Assembly (NCBI GenBank): GCA_000092065.1
Contig: CP000582.1
Source: Ostreococcus lucimarinus
Taxonomy: Eukaryota
Length of the DNA: 64,000 nucleotides
Strand: one strand, 5' to 3'
This document shows, piece after piece, positions 32,584 to 44,032 of this stretch. The notes beneath the pieces are model-generated. The model was not told where the DNA came from. It did not search any database and saw nothing but the letters and a program-made list of their open reading frames with translations. Each line of letters starts with the position of its first letter. Positions within the stretch are counted from its first letter, which is position 1. Made by a program: the position numbers and the translations under genes.

Positions 32584-33868
32584 TCACATCTTATCACGAT
32601 TAAAGCTGTATTTTTTATCTAATTTGCTTACGTCCTCGAATGAAAAGGTGTTCATTTCATCGCCGCTGCCTTCTAAGAGTACTCTGAGTGAGCCTCCTGA
32701 CGCATCCACGCTTATTACCGAACCGATACAACCGGCATTCTCTCCTCGTATAACTTTTATAGAAGCGCCAATGGCCTAGCTTACGCGTCAGACAAGATAG
32801 AAGGCAGTGAGGACCTCTTACAGGAATTACTGTGCGTAGATGATCAGTCGATACTTTGGCTGAATTGAAAGGACCGATTCCCTCTAGCGTCGCCATCCCT
32901 TTGTAAACGTTTGTGACAATGTACTTCTGTTTTGATTGCTCTCCCGGCGCGCAATAAATACGCATGATAGTTCCAACTAAGTGACTCTTGGCGAGTTGTT
33001 AGACACATGCCACCTTTTAAACTCACTTAGTCTCACCTGCTCCATCTGCGAAAGTTTCTAGAAAGAAAGGTAAGGGGAGTGCATTTCACACAATCACGTT
33101 GAAAGTCACCTCTTTGCGAGTTAAATCCATGTTAAAGCCAGTCTGCTGAAGTTTTAAGCCCGTAGGCTCATGCTGCTCAGGTTTTGCCGGTACTGCTCCT
33201 CGTTTCACCTGCCTCTCAATAAGCTGTGTTTGTTTGTGTGTTGGAACGAAAGATAAAATGAATCTTCAATTTGATTTACCTTTTCTTGCTTTCGCGCCGA
33301 TCCGTCATCCTCATGTGTTCGCTTTCGCGCCACAGCTCCTTGAAAAATCTTGCTCTCAGCATGCAAATATGTTATGAAAATCCCCTTATCGGTCTCGTCT
33401 ATCTCACAAACACCTTCTGCGACAAGGTGATGGACAAATTCAGTAAGGCTCGTCCAACGTGTCGCTGACCATGAGCATGTTAGACTGTGTAGATATGATC
33501 TTCAAAGAAGTCACCATTCATATGCACGTGCGTCTTGTTCGCTATCAACTCGTTGTAAACCTTGTTAGCTGCCACGCGTGAGTTGCGGTGGCTTAAATGA
33601 AGTCAGCAGTGAAAAAAGCTTTGGAACGATTGTCTTACTTTAATGAGAGCTCTGAGATGAACGCTGTCTTGAAGCGCGAAGAAAAGCCATCGACAACCTT
33701 TTTTTGATTCTGAGCAAAAACGGCGAGCTGGCGAACGTGCGCTGGTGAAGAGCAGTGGCACTTAAAACCGTTCTCGTCTCGGCACTGTTTCTCACACAGT
33801 TGACAATACCAACGGAGGCGTTGAAGGCCTTTCGACTTCAGTTGGTTTGATAACGATTTGGCGCTCAT
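32584..33868 (-). CDS. KIN17: DNA/RNA-binding protein KIN17, multi-exon
   Basis: The first exon MSAKSLSNQLKSKGLQRLRWYCQLCEKQCRDENGFKCHCSSPAHVRQL... is near-identical in pattern to the KIN17 zinc finger (KSKGLQKLRWYCQMCQKQCRDENGFKCH). The C-terminal exons give tandem SH3-like/KOW barrels: ...RIYCAPGEQSKQKYIVTNVYKGMATLEGIG... and AIGASIKVIRGENAGCIGSVISV...EDVSKL. Confidence 0.75.
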
Positions 33869-33996
33869 TTTAGCGTTTCATGAAACCATAGTTCAATGAG
33901 CAAACGCCCTCGCCACTTTCGCACTACGTGCTGTGTAGTAGCGACTGACCGGAATTTCCGGACTGGACCCCTCAAAATATCAAACTCACCTCGACA

Positions 33997-34025
33997 ACGT
34001 CATTACGTGAAGACGTCATTACGTG
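33997..34025. promoter_or_regulatory. Tandem duplicated ACGT-core motif (ACGTCATTACGTG x2, 3 bp spacer) in the KIN17/SNW1 bidirectional promoter
   Basis: acgtcattacgtgaagacgtcattacgtg. It contains TGACGT/ACGTCA (CRE half-site) and TACGTG cores. It lies about 75 bp upstream of the SNW1 ATG and about 130 bp upstream of the KIN17 ATG. Confidence 0.35.
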
Positions 34026-34098
34026 CCGCTACACCGCAGCTTCATTAGTTGAGAAAACACGTTAAGAAAACACTTTAGCGCCTATCCATTGAAGACAG

Positions 34099-35210
34099 AT
34101 GGCGGTTCGAATGTTGCAATACGGCGACGAGCGAGCCTCGCGTGTTGACGACGTCGGCGGCGACGGTGGCGCTTTTCCTGAACGACGGCATATCGAAACC
34201 GGGGGCTCCCCAGCGTCGTTGGCTCAAGATTCGACACGTATAAGCCCGCATGGTGCCGTGTCGACATCGATCATAGATACAAAGGAAATATCCGTCGTTC
34301 AAAGTGATTTGCGGCTCGCTCGGTCTCAGGTAAGTTTTTTGTTGCTGTGAGCTTGTGTCTTCGACTGAGTCTCGTCTCTATCTAGATAATCACACCAGAG
34401 ACCAGGGCAAAACAACAAAAACAGCTCCAAGATGCGATCGACGGCAAGCTATACCCTCAGAAACATCTTACTGATCTGAAGGGAGGGAACACCCACGCCC
34501 AATACATCAAATATGCGCCGGTGGGTGCTCGAGAGCGAGTAATTAAAGTGCAGCAGCTACAACAAGACCCCTTGAGTCCACCAGCATTCCGCCTAAAAAA
34601 GGTTTGAAGCTTGTGGAGTGTTTCTGTTTCACATCTGAGATTTTCGATAGGCTCCTAGTGAAGCAAAGCCCACTGCAGTCGCAGTCGTTCAGAGTCCTCC
34701 ACGCAAAGTAACCGAAGAAGATAAAGAGGCATGGCGGATTCCTCCGTCAATATCGAATTGGAAAGTACGTCGAACTTTGTGTGAAGTTTATACCTTCTCA
34801 ATATTCTACTTAGAATTCGAAGGGCTACACTATACCCTTAGATAAGCGCCTTGCAGCAGATGGCCGAGGGTTAGTCGATGTGAAAATTAATGATAACTTT
34901 GCAAAATTTTCTGAGGTATCTTTACTATTGCATCGTCACTTCGGACGTGTTTGAATTGATTCATAGGCACTGTATGTTGCCGAACAATCTGCACGCGTTT
35001 CAGTTGAGACACGTGCAAATGTGCAAAAACAAGTGGCACTGCAGGAACAGATTTCGAGGGAACAAACTATTCGGCAAGTAGCGGCTCAGGCCCTTCGTGA
35101 TCAAAATGTAGAGAGCGAAGGTCTAGAGGAAAAGGTGAGTGGCATGCGAACACTACAACCTTTTATTTGACATCAAACTACAGTTAAGTCACAAGCGAAT
35201 GAAAAAATGA
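34099..35210 (+). CDS. SNW1: SNW-domain splicing factor (SKIP/SNW1/Prp45), 6 exons
   Basis: ...VGGDGGAFPE..., ...AQYIKYAPVGARERVIKVQQLQQDPLSPPAFRLKK|...AWRIPPSISNWK|NSKGYTIPLDKRLAADGRGL...NDNFAKFSE|ALYVAEQSARV... is collinear with the SNW domain (GDGGAFPE, SNWKN, GYTIPLDKRLAADGRGL). Introns are 47-55 bp. Confidence 0.75.
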
Positions 35211-35242
35211 GTTGATCATTTTAGAGTTTGAAGCTTTCATGT

Positions 35243-37231
35243 TCAGAGCCTCTCCAGTGGTTCAATCCCTAACAATGAGAAAGTCAATTTCATTGTATAT
35301 AGTGTCCGCTCACACAGATAAATTCTACTTTCTTCATTGTCTCCACCTATTACTTTGCATTCCGCATAGAAGTTGTTGAAGGTACTACAAAGCGTGTAAA
35401 GGTACTCGCAGAGCTTTGAAGGTGCTAAGTCTTGTAGCGTTGTCAGTAGAGCATCTTGAAACTTGATAATCTGAATAGCTAAGAGTCGCTCTTCCTCGTG
35501 ACTGATACTGAATTGATCAGGTCGTCCTGCAAAGGAAGATTTTTGTAATATTGTCGCAACCCGCGCGTGCGAGTACTGCAGATACATAGCCGTGTTTCCC
35601 TTTAGGTCTAGCATTCTATCAAACGAAAATGTGTAGTTCGTCAGCCGATTGTTCTGAAGGTCAGCATATTTCACTGAACTCACACCTAGCACTTTGGATG
35701 CGTGCTTTATTTCGTCAGTAGTGAGATTTGTACCCTTTTCTTCTAAGAACTTAAAACATCGTTCTTCGGCCTCATCTAGTAAAGACTTCAATTTGACTGT
35801 TTCACCAGATCTCGTACGTAGACGTTTTCCATCTTCACCTAAAACAACACCAAAACCAACGTGCTCTAATGCCACTTGTGCGTCCCCCCACCCTGCTTCG
35901 TTCGCAGTTTTAAAAATTGCTTTGAAATGTTTGTGCTGCCCTTGATCTGTTACGTAAATGATTTTATCCGCCTTTTCGCTCATGATTCTGTGACGTACTG
36001 CCGCCAAATCTGTCGATGCATAGTTGAAACCCCCATCACTTTTGCGACAAATTACTGGGGTATCATCAGACTCAGTGAAAATGCAAAGCGCACCAGCATC
36101 TTCCACGATTAACCTTTTAGATTGAAGCTCATCAAGTACCGATGGGATCATATCGTTGTAGAAACTTTCTCCCTTCTCGACTATTCGGATTTTTAATCGG
36201 TCGTAGATCGTCTGAAACTCAGCTCGGCTTGCACTGCAGATTTGCCGCCACATATGTGCTGTTTCTGGATCATACGACTGAAGCTTGACGACCATATCTT
36301 TTGATTTTGCCTTGAAATCATCGTCAACATCGAATTTCTGCTTAGCTTGCTTGTAGCAAGCTTGCAGATCACTTACACTCGAGTCCGGTGATATGCCATT
36401 TTCCTTCATGAACTGAATCAACATTCCAAACTGAGTGCCCCAATCACCAACATGGTTCACGCGAGTGGTGGTATAACCACAGAATTCGAAAACATTGCAG
36501 AGAGTATCACCAATTATAGTGCTACGAAGATGACCGACATGCATTTCCTTTGCAATGTTTGGGGAAGAAAAGTCTACCAAAACGTGCCTTTTGATAGTAG
36601 GACCCAACTCTGCACTTTTGGTTTCTCTAAAAAGTTCCGAACGTATGTAGTTATCGGACAGGCGAAAGTTTATGAACCCAGGTCCGGCAATGGTGATGGA
36701 ATCAAACATTTCCCTTTCAGATATTCCGGCTACGATTTCATCAGCGACGTCACGCGGACTGCGAAAGCTAGTTTCCCCAGCTTTTGCAAGTGCAGAAAAA
36801 ATTTGCATAGCACTACTACTCTGGAAGTCGCCCAGCGAAGTATTAGCGCATTCCGCAACATCTATCGGTTTGTCGTAGTCAGGAAACCGCTCACGCACGG
36901 ACGACTCAACCATCCCTCTAAGCGTGCCGAGGATAGTATGTTCCGTCACACTAGCTTCTGCTGAACACTGTCGCCGCACGGCGCCTGGTCTTCGACGCAC
37001 GCCGCCAGTTCTTCGGCGCACAGCAGTCTGCCTTCCGGATTCAACGTGAATTCTCATATAATTCGATTGAAACGCTACATTTCGTAGCAAGCGGGCTGCG
37101 TAAACCATCGCAGACGACAACCCGGTGTTTCGGCCACGGCGCGGGGTTGACGCCAGGGCTATCCTCCTTGTTTTCTTCGATATATTCTTTTGCGTTTTTG
37201 GTTCAAATTTACAGCTGATGCTCGTAATCAA
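35243..37231 (-). CDS. RARS: Arginyl-tRNA synthetase, intronless 662 aa
   Basis: SSPNIAKEMHVGHLRSTIIGD (class I HIGH region), the anticodon-binding DALR domain ...YSHARVATIL..., and an overall ArgRS layout. Confidence 0.9.
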   Translation of the reverse strand: MITSISCKFEPKTQKNISKKTRRIALASTPRRGRNTGLSSAMVYAARLLRNVAFQSNYMRIHVESGRQTAVRRRTGGVRRRPGAVRRQCSAEASVTEHTILGTLRGMVESSVRERFPDYDKPIDVAECANTSLGDFQSSSAMQIFSALAKAGETSFRSPRDVADEIVAGISEREMFDSITIAGPGFINFRLSDNYIRSELFRETKSAELGPTIKRHVLVDFSSPNIAKEMHVGHLRSTIIGDTLCNVFEFCGYTTTRVNHVGDWGTQFGMLIQFMKENGISPDSSVSDLQACYKQAKQKFDVDDDFKAKSKDMVVKLQSYDPETAHMWRQICSASRAEFQTIYDRLKIRIVEKGESFYNDMIPSVLDELQSKRLIVEDAGALCIFTESDDTPVICRKSDGGFNYASTDLAAVRHRIMSEKADKIIYVTDQGQHKHFKAIFKTANEAGWGDAQVALEHVGFGVVLGEDGKRLRTRSGETVKLKSLLDEAEERCFKFLEEKGTNLTTDEIKHASKVLGVSSVKYADLQNNRLTNYTFSFDRMLDLKGNTAMYLQYSHARVATILQKSSFAGRPDQFSISHEEERLLAIQIIKFQDALLTTLQDLAPSKLCEYLYTLCSTFNNFYAECKVIGGDNEESRIYLCERTLYTMKLTFSLLGIEPLERL

Positions 37232-37338
37232 ACTATTTTGTAGAGTATCTTTGATTTATAACGAGCGGCCTCGATTATGTCCAGTAACGCTAAAAAACGT
37301 GCGAGGCGCCAAGGACGAGCATCACTTCGAAGCGCTTC

Positions 37339-37729
37339 ATGGATCCGCTTTCCCCTGCGATTACGTTCTTCGACAAAGATGGCAAAGGCCGAACAAGTTA
37401 CATCGGTAGTCTAGTGCCAGATAAGCTGTTTTCTCCGATCCCAGGCCTTTGGTTCACCAACCAAGGCTCAGAGGTAACTCGTTCCAACGAACAAGCAAAA
37501 AACCTTTCGTTAGACAATAAGTCAGGTGTTGGAGCGACTGATGGATGCATACGAGAAGAATCCATATCCAGTACAAAACGAACTATGCGCACTCGCTAGA
37601 GAACTGAACGCGCCCGATTCACAAAAGGTAGGACTGTTTGGGCAATAGACGATAAGCCTTCTCTCACATTTTCAGATCGAGTCATTCTTCCGAAATATGC
37701 ACATGCGTTCGCAGCTTAGCTCTCAGTAA
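37339..37729 (+). CDS. Small homeodomain-like (HTH) protein, 3 exons, tentative
   Basis: Exon 2 reads TISQVLERLMDAYEKNPYPVQNELCALARELNAPDSQK and exon 3 reads IESFFRNMHMRSQL. This resembles the KN/TALE homeodomain helix 1-3 pattern (L..W...H..NPYP..E...LA..TGL...Q+..WF.N.R.R). No N-terminal basic arm was found. Confidence 0.3.
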
Positions 37730-37902
37730 GCACTGGTCTAAAGATCCTGAGATGAAATAACTACTCCTGGATTACCATATACTTTTTTTTGTAATCACAG
37801 ATCGTGAAAAATTGTATACCAGCCAACTTCAAGCAGCAGCGCATGGAAATTTCATCTAAAAAGTCTATGCGCCAAAATAACTGTGCTCGTGGTGTGCTGC
37901 TG

Positions 37903-39570
37903 TCATACATTTTGTAGCATTAAATCTTGTATATCTCGAAGGAGCTCTTTCACTACTCCTCTATCCGGCAAGCCGTGAGCAAGTCCATATATAGGCGCCT
38001 TGCCTCCGGGAATCTTATCAAGGGTCCGTGATGTTTGAACAGCTTGTTTCAGATCATCAATCAAAGCATCAACAGACGAAATATTCGCTGGAGTTATACA
38101 AAAGTGAAGTGCGCTTGGATTCTGTAAAACAGCAAGTCTCCAACCTTTTGAAGATAATATATCATTGAGCACATAAACGTTGTTTGTTCGATCAGTTGTA
38201 CGCCACGCAACTACCATGGTTGCGTGTCGCCCAATCAGCTCCAAACCGTCCGTATCTGCCACCGCTTTACGGAGCTTAATCGCACTCTCAATTATTTCGT
38301 GTGCTACTCTTGAATATCCTTCGCGCCCCATATGTAACATGGCAGCCCACGTCTGTGCAATTAAACCTCCAGACCGTGAACCAGCAGGGGTTGGAGAAAT
38401 GTAGAGACCTCCTGTCCAGTCAGCAACTGAAGTATACTGAAACTGACGCAATACAGATGTTGAATACAGCACCACCGATGAACCTTTTTGTGCGTAGCCG
38501 TACTTATGCGTGTCTAAACTCATAGATGTAACACCTGCAAGTGAAAAATCAAATTTTGGGACGTGACTCTCAATCTCGCGCCCACTCAAGAACGGTAGGA
38601 TAAAGCCCCCCAAACAAGCATCAACGTGTAAGCAACACCTTTGACCTAGTGCTATATCAGAGAGCTCCTCGATCGGATCTATCACCCCATGAGGGTAAGT
38701 TGGGGCTGATGCGTATATCAAAATTGTCCGACGACTGAGTGCACGTTTTACAGCAGCCACGTTCATTTGACCATGTTCATCTGTGGGAACGCGCACGATG
38801 TTTATTTTGAAATATTCAGCTGCCTTGTACACTGCAGCGTGCGCAGAAACTGACACGATCCTATAAAAACTGTTTGTCATGATCAGCACTATTTATTTTA
38901 TAACTCAAACGTACATTTCTGGTCGAGAGATATGCTTGCTGTAGCACATAAAATCACGAGAAGCCCTGATTGCCGTAAGAATGCTTTCTGTGCCACCTGA
39001 TGTCACAGCACCACAAATTTCTGAATTGCTATCATTCGACACCAACATGCTGGTCATACTGACAACTTCAGACTCCATTCGTGCGACGCTAGGGAACGCA
39101 TCACCATGAAGTGGATTCGTATGGGCGAAATTACAGTACATCGAATTGCAGAGCTCGCGATGGGTGAGCTCCGTTGCGTATACTGTGCCGGTCATTTTTG
39201 AGGTGTGAAACAAGTGCTTACAGTCGTGTCCTTTGAGTTTATCTGCTTGTTTTAGAATCTCATGAATAGATTGACCCTCGCATGGCAAGTCTTGAGTCCT
39301 GTGTACCGGCAAAACTCCTGACTTCAAACCACTTTCAACTTCTGATAGTATTTTCTCTTTAGAACGCGCCACGAGATTCCGCACACCCGGTAGACTTCGC
39401 GCCAATCGAAAGAGCTTCTCCACATCTTGTCTTTGAGTTCTAAGTAATCCGTCGAGGATCTTGCACACGCCCGTAGCGAGAATATAGATCAGGAGTCCAC
39501 AAACCAACAATATTGGACTGACTCCACGTTCAAGGAGCGGAAACAAAGTTTGAAAAAAGTACCCGCACAC
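37903..39570 (-). CDS. SGPL1: Sphingosine-1-phosphate lyase (PLP-dependent group II decarboxylase), 2 exons (intron about 38886-38932)
   Basis: ...CGAVTSGGTESILTAIRASRD...|IVSVSAHAAVYKAAEYFKINIVRVP...CCLHVDACLGGFILPF...THKYGYAQKGSSVVLY...GSRSGG... is collinear with SGPL1. The intron is 47 bp GT..AG. Confidence 0.85.
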
Positions 39571-39946
39571 GTTGACTGTGACGTAACATTAGATGGCATG
39601 AACAGGACGAAGGAAAACTAGGTGGCTTACGATGCAGAACACTTGCGCGAACTACTAAAACTATCATCGTAGTTGTAGCGGGCCGGCGCCTTCCAGTTAC
39701 ACAGTTACTGTTTCTCAGTTTCAGAGGCGACTGCAAAAGTATGCTTATGTCTACAGCTACATATGATATAGACCCATAGAGTAGTCGTAGGAAAGCTAAA
39801 CCCTCCTTCTCCCACCCCCGAGCGATAGAGGTAGTCGCTATAGGCTAGAGCTAGTACGCCTTCGTTCAGGAAGCTGTATCATTGCACGAAGCAATCAGAC
39901 GCGCAGTTTGTGGAGAGACCTGAAAGCCATCGCGCGCCGTTCTCGA

Positions 39947-40413
39947 CATGGGCGCCAACCGTTCTGCATCTGAGGTCCGAAAGTTGGCTGAAGCTCCGTT
40001 AAACTTTGGCAAGGGCTCCCGCGCTTGTCTTTATTGCAAGCTAGTTCAGACGTACGAGCAGGTAAGTTGCTCACATACATTCGTTGTCTACTGAGTAACT
40101 GGACAATTTAAGTTCATCGACAACGGGTGCGGAAACTGTGTTACTTTGAACATGAAGGGGGACAAGGATCGTGTATCTGAACTAACAACGTCAAATTATT
40201 CTGGGTACGATGATCAGTCGCTTCTCCATTCTACACATTGAATATTCCTCAGGATGGTGTCACTATTAGATGGACGCGCGTCCTGGGTCGGCAAATGGCT
40301 AAGACTAGGTACTTGTGCTGAATGTTGAGACTCTCCTGGCTGATCACGCAACAGATACCTGTGTTCCTGGTTGTTATGCCCTTAGTTTGCATAGTTCTAC
40401 GTCCATTCGATGA
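39947..40413 (+). CDS. SPT4: Transcription elongation factor SPT4, 4 exons
   Basis: ...RACLYCKLVQTYEQ|FIDNGCGNCVTLNMKGDKDRVSELTTSNYSG|MVSLLDGRASWVGKWLRL|DTCVPGCYALSLHS matches [26 protein letters not shown]...MKGN...V.ECTSSSFDGIIAMM.PE.SWV.KWQRI..F.PGVYA.SV. Introns are 50-52 bp. Confidence 0.7.
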
Positions 40414-40508
40414 TTTGGATCTTGCTGATTTTGAATCACACTTGTATTCTACATCATCAGCACTCGTATGCGTCACATTTCGATAGCAAGTCTTGGAGAA
40501 CTGCACGA

Positions 40509-40544
40509 GGACACACACACGCACACACGCACATACACACACGG
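40509..40544. repeat. Imperfect (CA)n / CACACG microsatellite
   Basis: gacacacacacgcacacacgcacatacacacacgg, lying between the convergent SPT4 and SufE genes. Confidence 0.8.
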
Positions 40545-40565
40545 ACTTGTAGAACTCAGTACGCA

Positions 40566-41058
40566 TCAAATGAAGCTACGCGCTTGCATTTGCATAAGAT
40601 TGAGCATATTAAGGAGTCCATTAGTCCGAGACGGCGTCAGAGCCGTTTTTAAACCTAGTTCCCCAAGGAATTCCGGTTTCACTTCTGCTATGTCTTGTGG
40701 TGAATTTCCACTCAAGCCTTTAATAAGCAGTGCCGCTAAACCTTTCGTGAGCTGAGAATCTGACTCCGCTTCGTAATAGACCAAACCTCCTCTGAAAGAA
40801 GGCACTATCCAAACCTTCATACGCTTAAAAATAGTCATGAAAAAGTGCGTTTAACGCGTACCTGCGACACACACCCCGGAACCTGCAAAAGTATCAGAGT
40901 TGGCCATTCAGTTGTATGCAGTACATACCTTGTAACGATCATCTAGAGCTTCCTGTTGATACGAATATAATTCCGATCGAGAATATCGAAAACGAACTCA
41001 CGGTGGATAATGGCTTCAGGGCCTTTGCCATGAACAAAAGTTGCCGGTATCTTTGCAT
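40566..41058 (-). CDS. sufE: SufE-like Fe-S cluster assembly sulfur acceptor, 4 exons
   Basis: MQRYRQLLFMAKALKPLST|EALDDRYK|VPGCVSQ|VWIVPSFRGGLVYYEAESDSQLTKGLAALLIKGLSGNSPQDIAEVKPEFLGELGL...LTPSRTNGL matches SufE (..VPGCQSQVW..V.F.ADSD.QIVKGL.A.L..GL.G.TP.EI). Introns are 45-50 bp. Confidence 0.6.
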
Positions 41059-41519
41059 GGGGTCAGGAACCTAGACGAGCCTGGAAAGTGAACCTGTGAT
41101 AACGTCGAAAGTAACGTGCCCATACCGCTTGAAATGACTGAACCAGCGCTGATAGGCTCTCCGGCATACTTTCGCGGTCTATTGCCTTAACTCTCGTCAA
41201 GTATGTGCGTAAACGTGCGTGTGCCGTATGTCGACACCTAAAGCGAGCGAAATTCGTGTTCGGAGTGGCTGTGGTTTGGTTCGTGCTCACACGTGTCGTC
41301 AACATGGACATAGACACCCCTAGTCGCCGGAACAAGCAACGTGGCTATCCAGCACCCGCGTTCGCGCGTGTGTGTGTGGCTGGAATACGGCAGGGAGTGG
41401 GCAGAAAGAACGTTTTAGAAAAACAGATAGGCATCACTTTTCCACAGTATTACAAAAGCGGAGACAACAAAACATTACATTCGTGCGACGGAACGAAGCT
41501 CGTCGCCAGTCTGATGTGG

Positions 41520-43109
41520 CTAAATTCCTTCTTTTTTATTCGAAACGCTTGGGAACATCGTCATCGCCGTTGCTTCGTCGCTCCGTGGAGTATGTGTTTG
41601 CGGCAGACCTGTGGCCGATATCGGTAAATCATGACTCTTCTCAGAGCTCGGTGTGTTCTCCATAATAGAGATCGTCGAGCTCGGGATATCATCTCGTACA
41701 ACCATACTTTGTTGACGACGCAGAGCCGCGACGTGACGCTCATTCTCGTATTGAGATTTATCAAGGCTGGCTGAGAAGCCCTTTTCGCTCTTTTCGCTAA
41801 TATGCTCGACGTCAACACTGACATTACGAGTATTAGTCGAATCACGTGGTACTTCGTGGAAAGGCACACTGGGTTTGCAGGTCATCTTCGACAGGTTTTC
41901 CAAAAGATGTGCTCGAACCCCTTCAAGATATTCGCGAGTATTTTGATTCTCCATGTTGCTCGGTTGGATATGCAGTGTGTGAGTTGGGCCAAAATATTCT
42001 GAGTAGTCGTTTTGTGGCATAGCATCTACCAGTTCTCGATCAAGTAAGCAACCCGTTTCGTATGCCCAGCATCTGGCTACGTTCCGTATCGTGTAACCAC
42101 CGCCCCCAAGTACAAGTAAAGGTACGTTGAACGTAGTCATGTATTTGAGGCACTCTGCGTGACCTTTGATGGACAGATTGAAACAACCCAAACGGTCTCC
42201 AGAAAGAGAGTCTGCCCCAGATTGAAATACAACTGCATCGGGCTGATAGATCTCCATGACTTTTGACATCAACGGCTTGTAGAGAAGCTCGTAGCTTTCA
42301 TCATCTATTCCATCCTTTAGGGGTACGTTGACACTATAGTACTTGCCAGCATGTTGGCCGATGTCCTGCAAGTGCCCAGTCCCTGGGAAATATTCGCCGA
42401 ATTTGTGAAACGAAACCGTCATTACTCTGTCTGTCGTGTAAAACGCTTCTTCAACCCCGTCACCGTGATGAATATCTATATCAATGTACAAAACCCGCTG
42501 ATGTTGCTTGAGTAACTCCAATATCGCAAGTACAATATCGTTAACATAGCAAAACCCACTTGCTTCACTCTTTTTTGCGTGATGAAGCCCGCCAGACCAA
42601 TTTATGACAGTTTCTGATAGTCCATGATTCAAGCGGACAGCCCCTCCAACAGAGCCGCCTGTGTACAGTTGGCAGAAGCGGAACAGTCCGTCAAATACCG
42701 GGCAGTCCTCAGCAACATTGAACCTCTTCAACTGGCGCATGTGTTCATGCTGATTATCAGGGGTGACAAGGCGTAGAAATTCAATGTATTCGTCGCTATG
42801 AAATTGCGTCATGTCATCGGCTTGCGCGGGCGTGGGTTGAAACACCTACACGTGGAGAGTCAAGATCATGGAACACGTGATTTTCAACGGCTAGTCCACC
42901 GCTATCATCGCAACAACGTACCTCCATGTCTTTGTACAAATCGTAGTGTAAGAGCAGATTATGTGTCATTCTCATACGGTGCGGTTTCATTGGATGTCCC
43001 TACGAACGTAACAATCAGAAGCTGTTGCGTGATCCCTCTTCGTTTCTCACCTGTCCGTAGTAGAAGTTTCCCACTTCTTGGTCATAAAAGTATGCAATTT
43101 TCTTCTTCA
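41520..43109 (-). CDS. HDAC1: Class I histone deacetylase (HDAC1/2/RPD3-like), 3 exons (introns about 43000-43048 and 42847-42921)
   Basis: Exon 1 reads [20 protein letters not shown], exon 2 reads [27 protein letters not shown], and exon 3 reads ...[20 protein letters not shown]...[28 protein letters not shown]...[15 protein letters not shown]...[19 protein letters not shown]...[14 protein letters not shown]... Confidence 0.9.
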
Positions 43110-43385
43110 TCGCTGTCCCAGAATGATCCCTACGATATGGCGTTGCGTGTGCGTTCGCTCTCCAGGTTGCGTCCAGTAGTCGCGCGGCTGCGTTTCGCAG
43201 TTCTTCGGGCGAGAACCTTTTCCAGTTTGACTTGCGCGAAGCGCGAAACATAGCTTTCAAATAATCTATATATTGTATCTTTAGAGGCCGCTGACAAATT
43301 CAGCTCCAGTTGGTGTCTACAGTTGCCAGGTCGAGCACGTCGCGCTTCATACGTCGAGTACGCACATTTGTCCTCGTATGGGCCA
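43110..43385. promoter_or_regulatory. Bidirectional promoter (HDAC / V-ATPase proteolipid)
   Basis: 276 bp between head-to-head ATGs at 43109 (-) and 43386 (+). Confidence 0.35.
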
Positions 43386-43910
43386 ATGTTGATCGCGCGG
43401 GGTGCATTTTTCGGGTTTGCGGGTGCGACATTTTGTCTAGTACTATCATGTACGTCTACAATCGTGCTTTGATTTGATAACGAAACTTACTAATACTTCT
43501 GACGCCTAGGTTTGGGTGCTGCGTATGGTACGTCGCAAGCTGGGATCGGGCTGTGCAGAGGATCCGCAAAACGTCCGTCCGTCACTATAAAAGCGATAAT
43601 ACCAGTTGCCATGGCTGGTGTTCGAGGGATTTATGGACTAGTTCTGAGCATAATCATCTTAGCAAGTGCTACAAGTGCTGGGGAAAGCTACTCTGAATTC
43701 AGTGGTCTACTGCATCTATGTGCAGGCGTTTGTTGTGGTATGGCGCAGTTCGCGAGCGGAATTACAGTTGGAGTAATCGGTGAGAGCTCAACGCAAGCTA
43801 TTGTCACAAGACCAAGGCTGTTTGCACCCGCCATTTTGATTCTCATTTTCTCCGAAGCTCTTGCACTGTATGGACTGATTTCTGGTATGATTCTTGTGCA
43901 AACTAGCTAG
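43386..43910 (+). CDS. ATP6V0C: V-type ATPase 16 kDa proteolipid subunit c, 2 exons (intron 43450-43509)
   Basis: MLIARGAFFGFAGATFCLVLS|C LGAAYGTSQAGIGLCRGSAKRPSVTIKAIIPVAMAGVRGIYGLV...PRLFAPAILILIFSEALALYGLISGMIL; the conserved Glu in TM4 is present. The intron is a 60 bp GTACGT..CCTAG. Confidence 0.85.
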
Positions 43911-44032
43911 CAAAATGAAATGCAGCAGCGCGGCATTATACGGAAGTGCGAGGAAACGCTTTCAACTAAATCACTGCAGACTAGTCGTCCCCTGATCTTG
44001 CATGCTTAGATTCTGCATACTTGACGGCACGT

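Noticed and set aside
32171-32587. Cys-rich 138-aa minus-strand ORF downstream of KIN17
   Set aside because: It lies in the KIN17 3' flank with AT-rich, low-complexity composition (poly-A/T runs at 32430-32470). It has no motif or exon structure and is probably UTR or intergenic.
41205-41627. 140-aa plus-strand ORF between SufE and HDAC
   Set aside because: It overlaps the HDAC 3' coding end on the opposite strand, is Arg/Cys-rich low-complexity, and has no motif. It is likely a spurious frame in the SufE/HDAC intergenic and 3' region.
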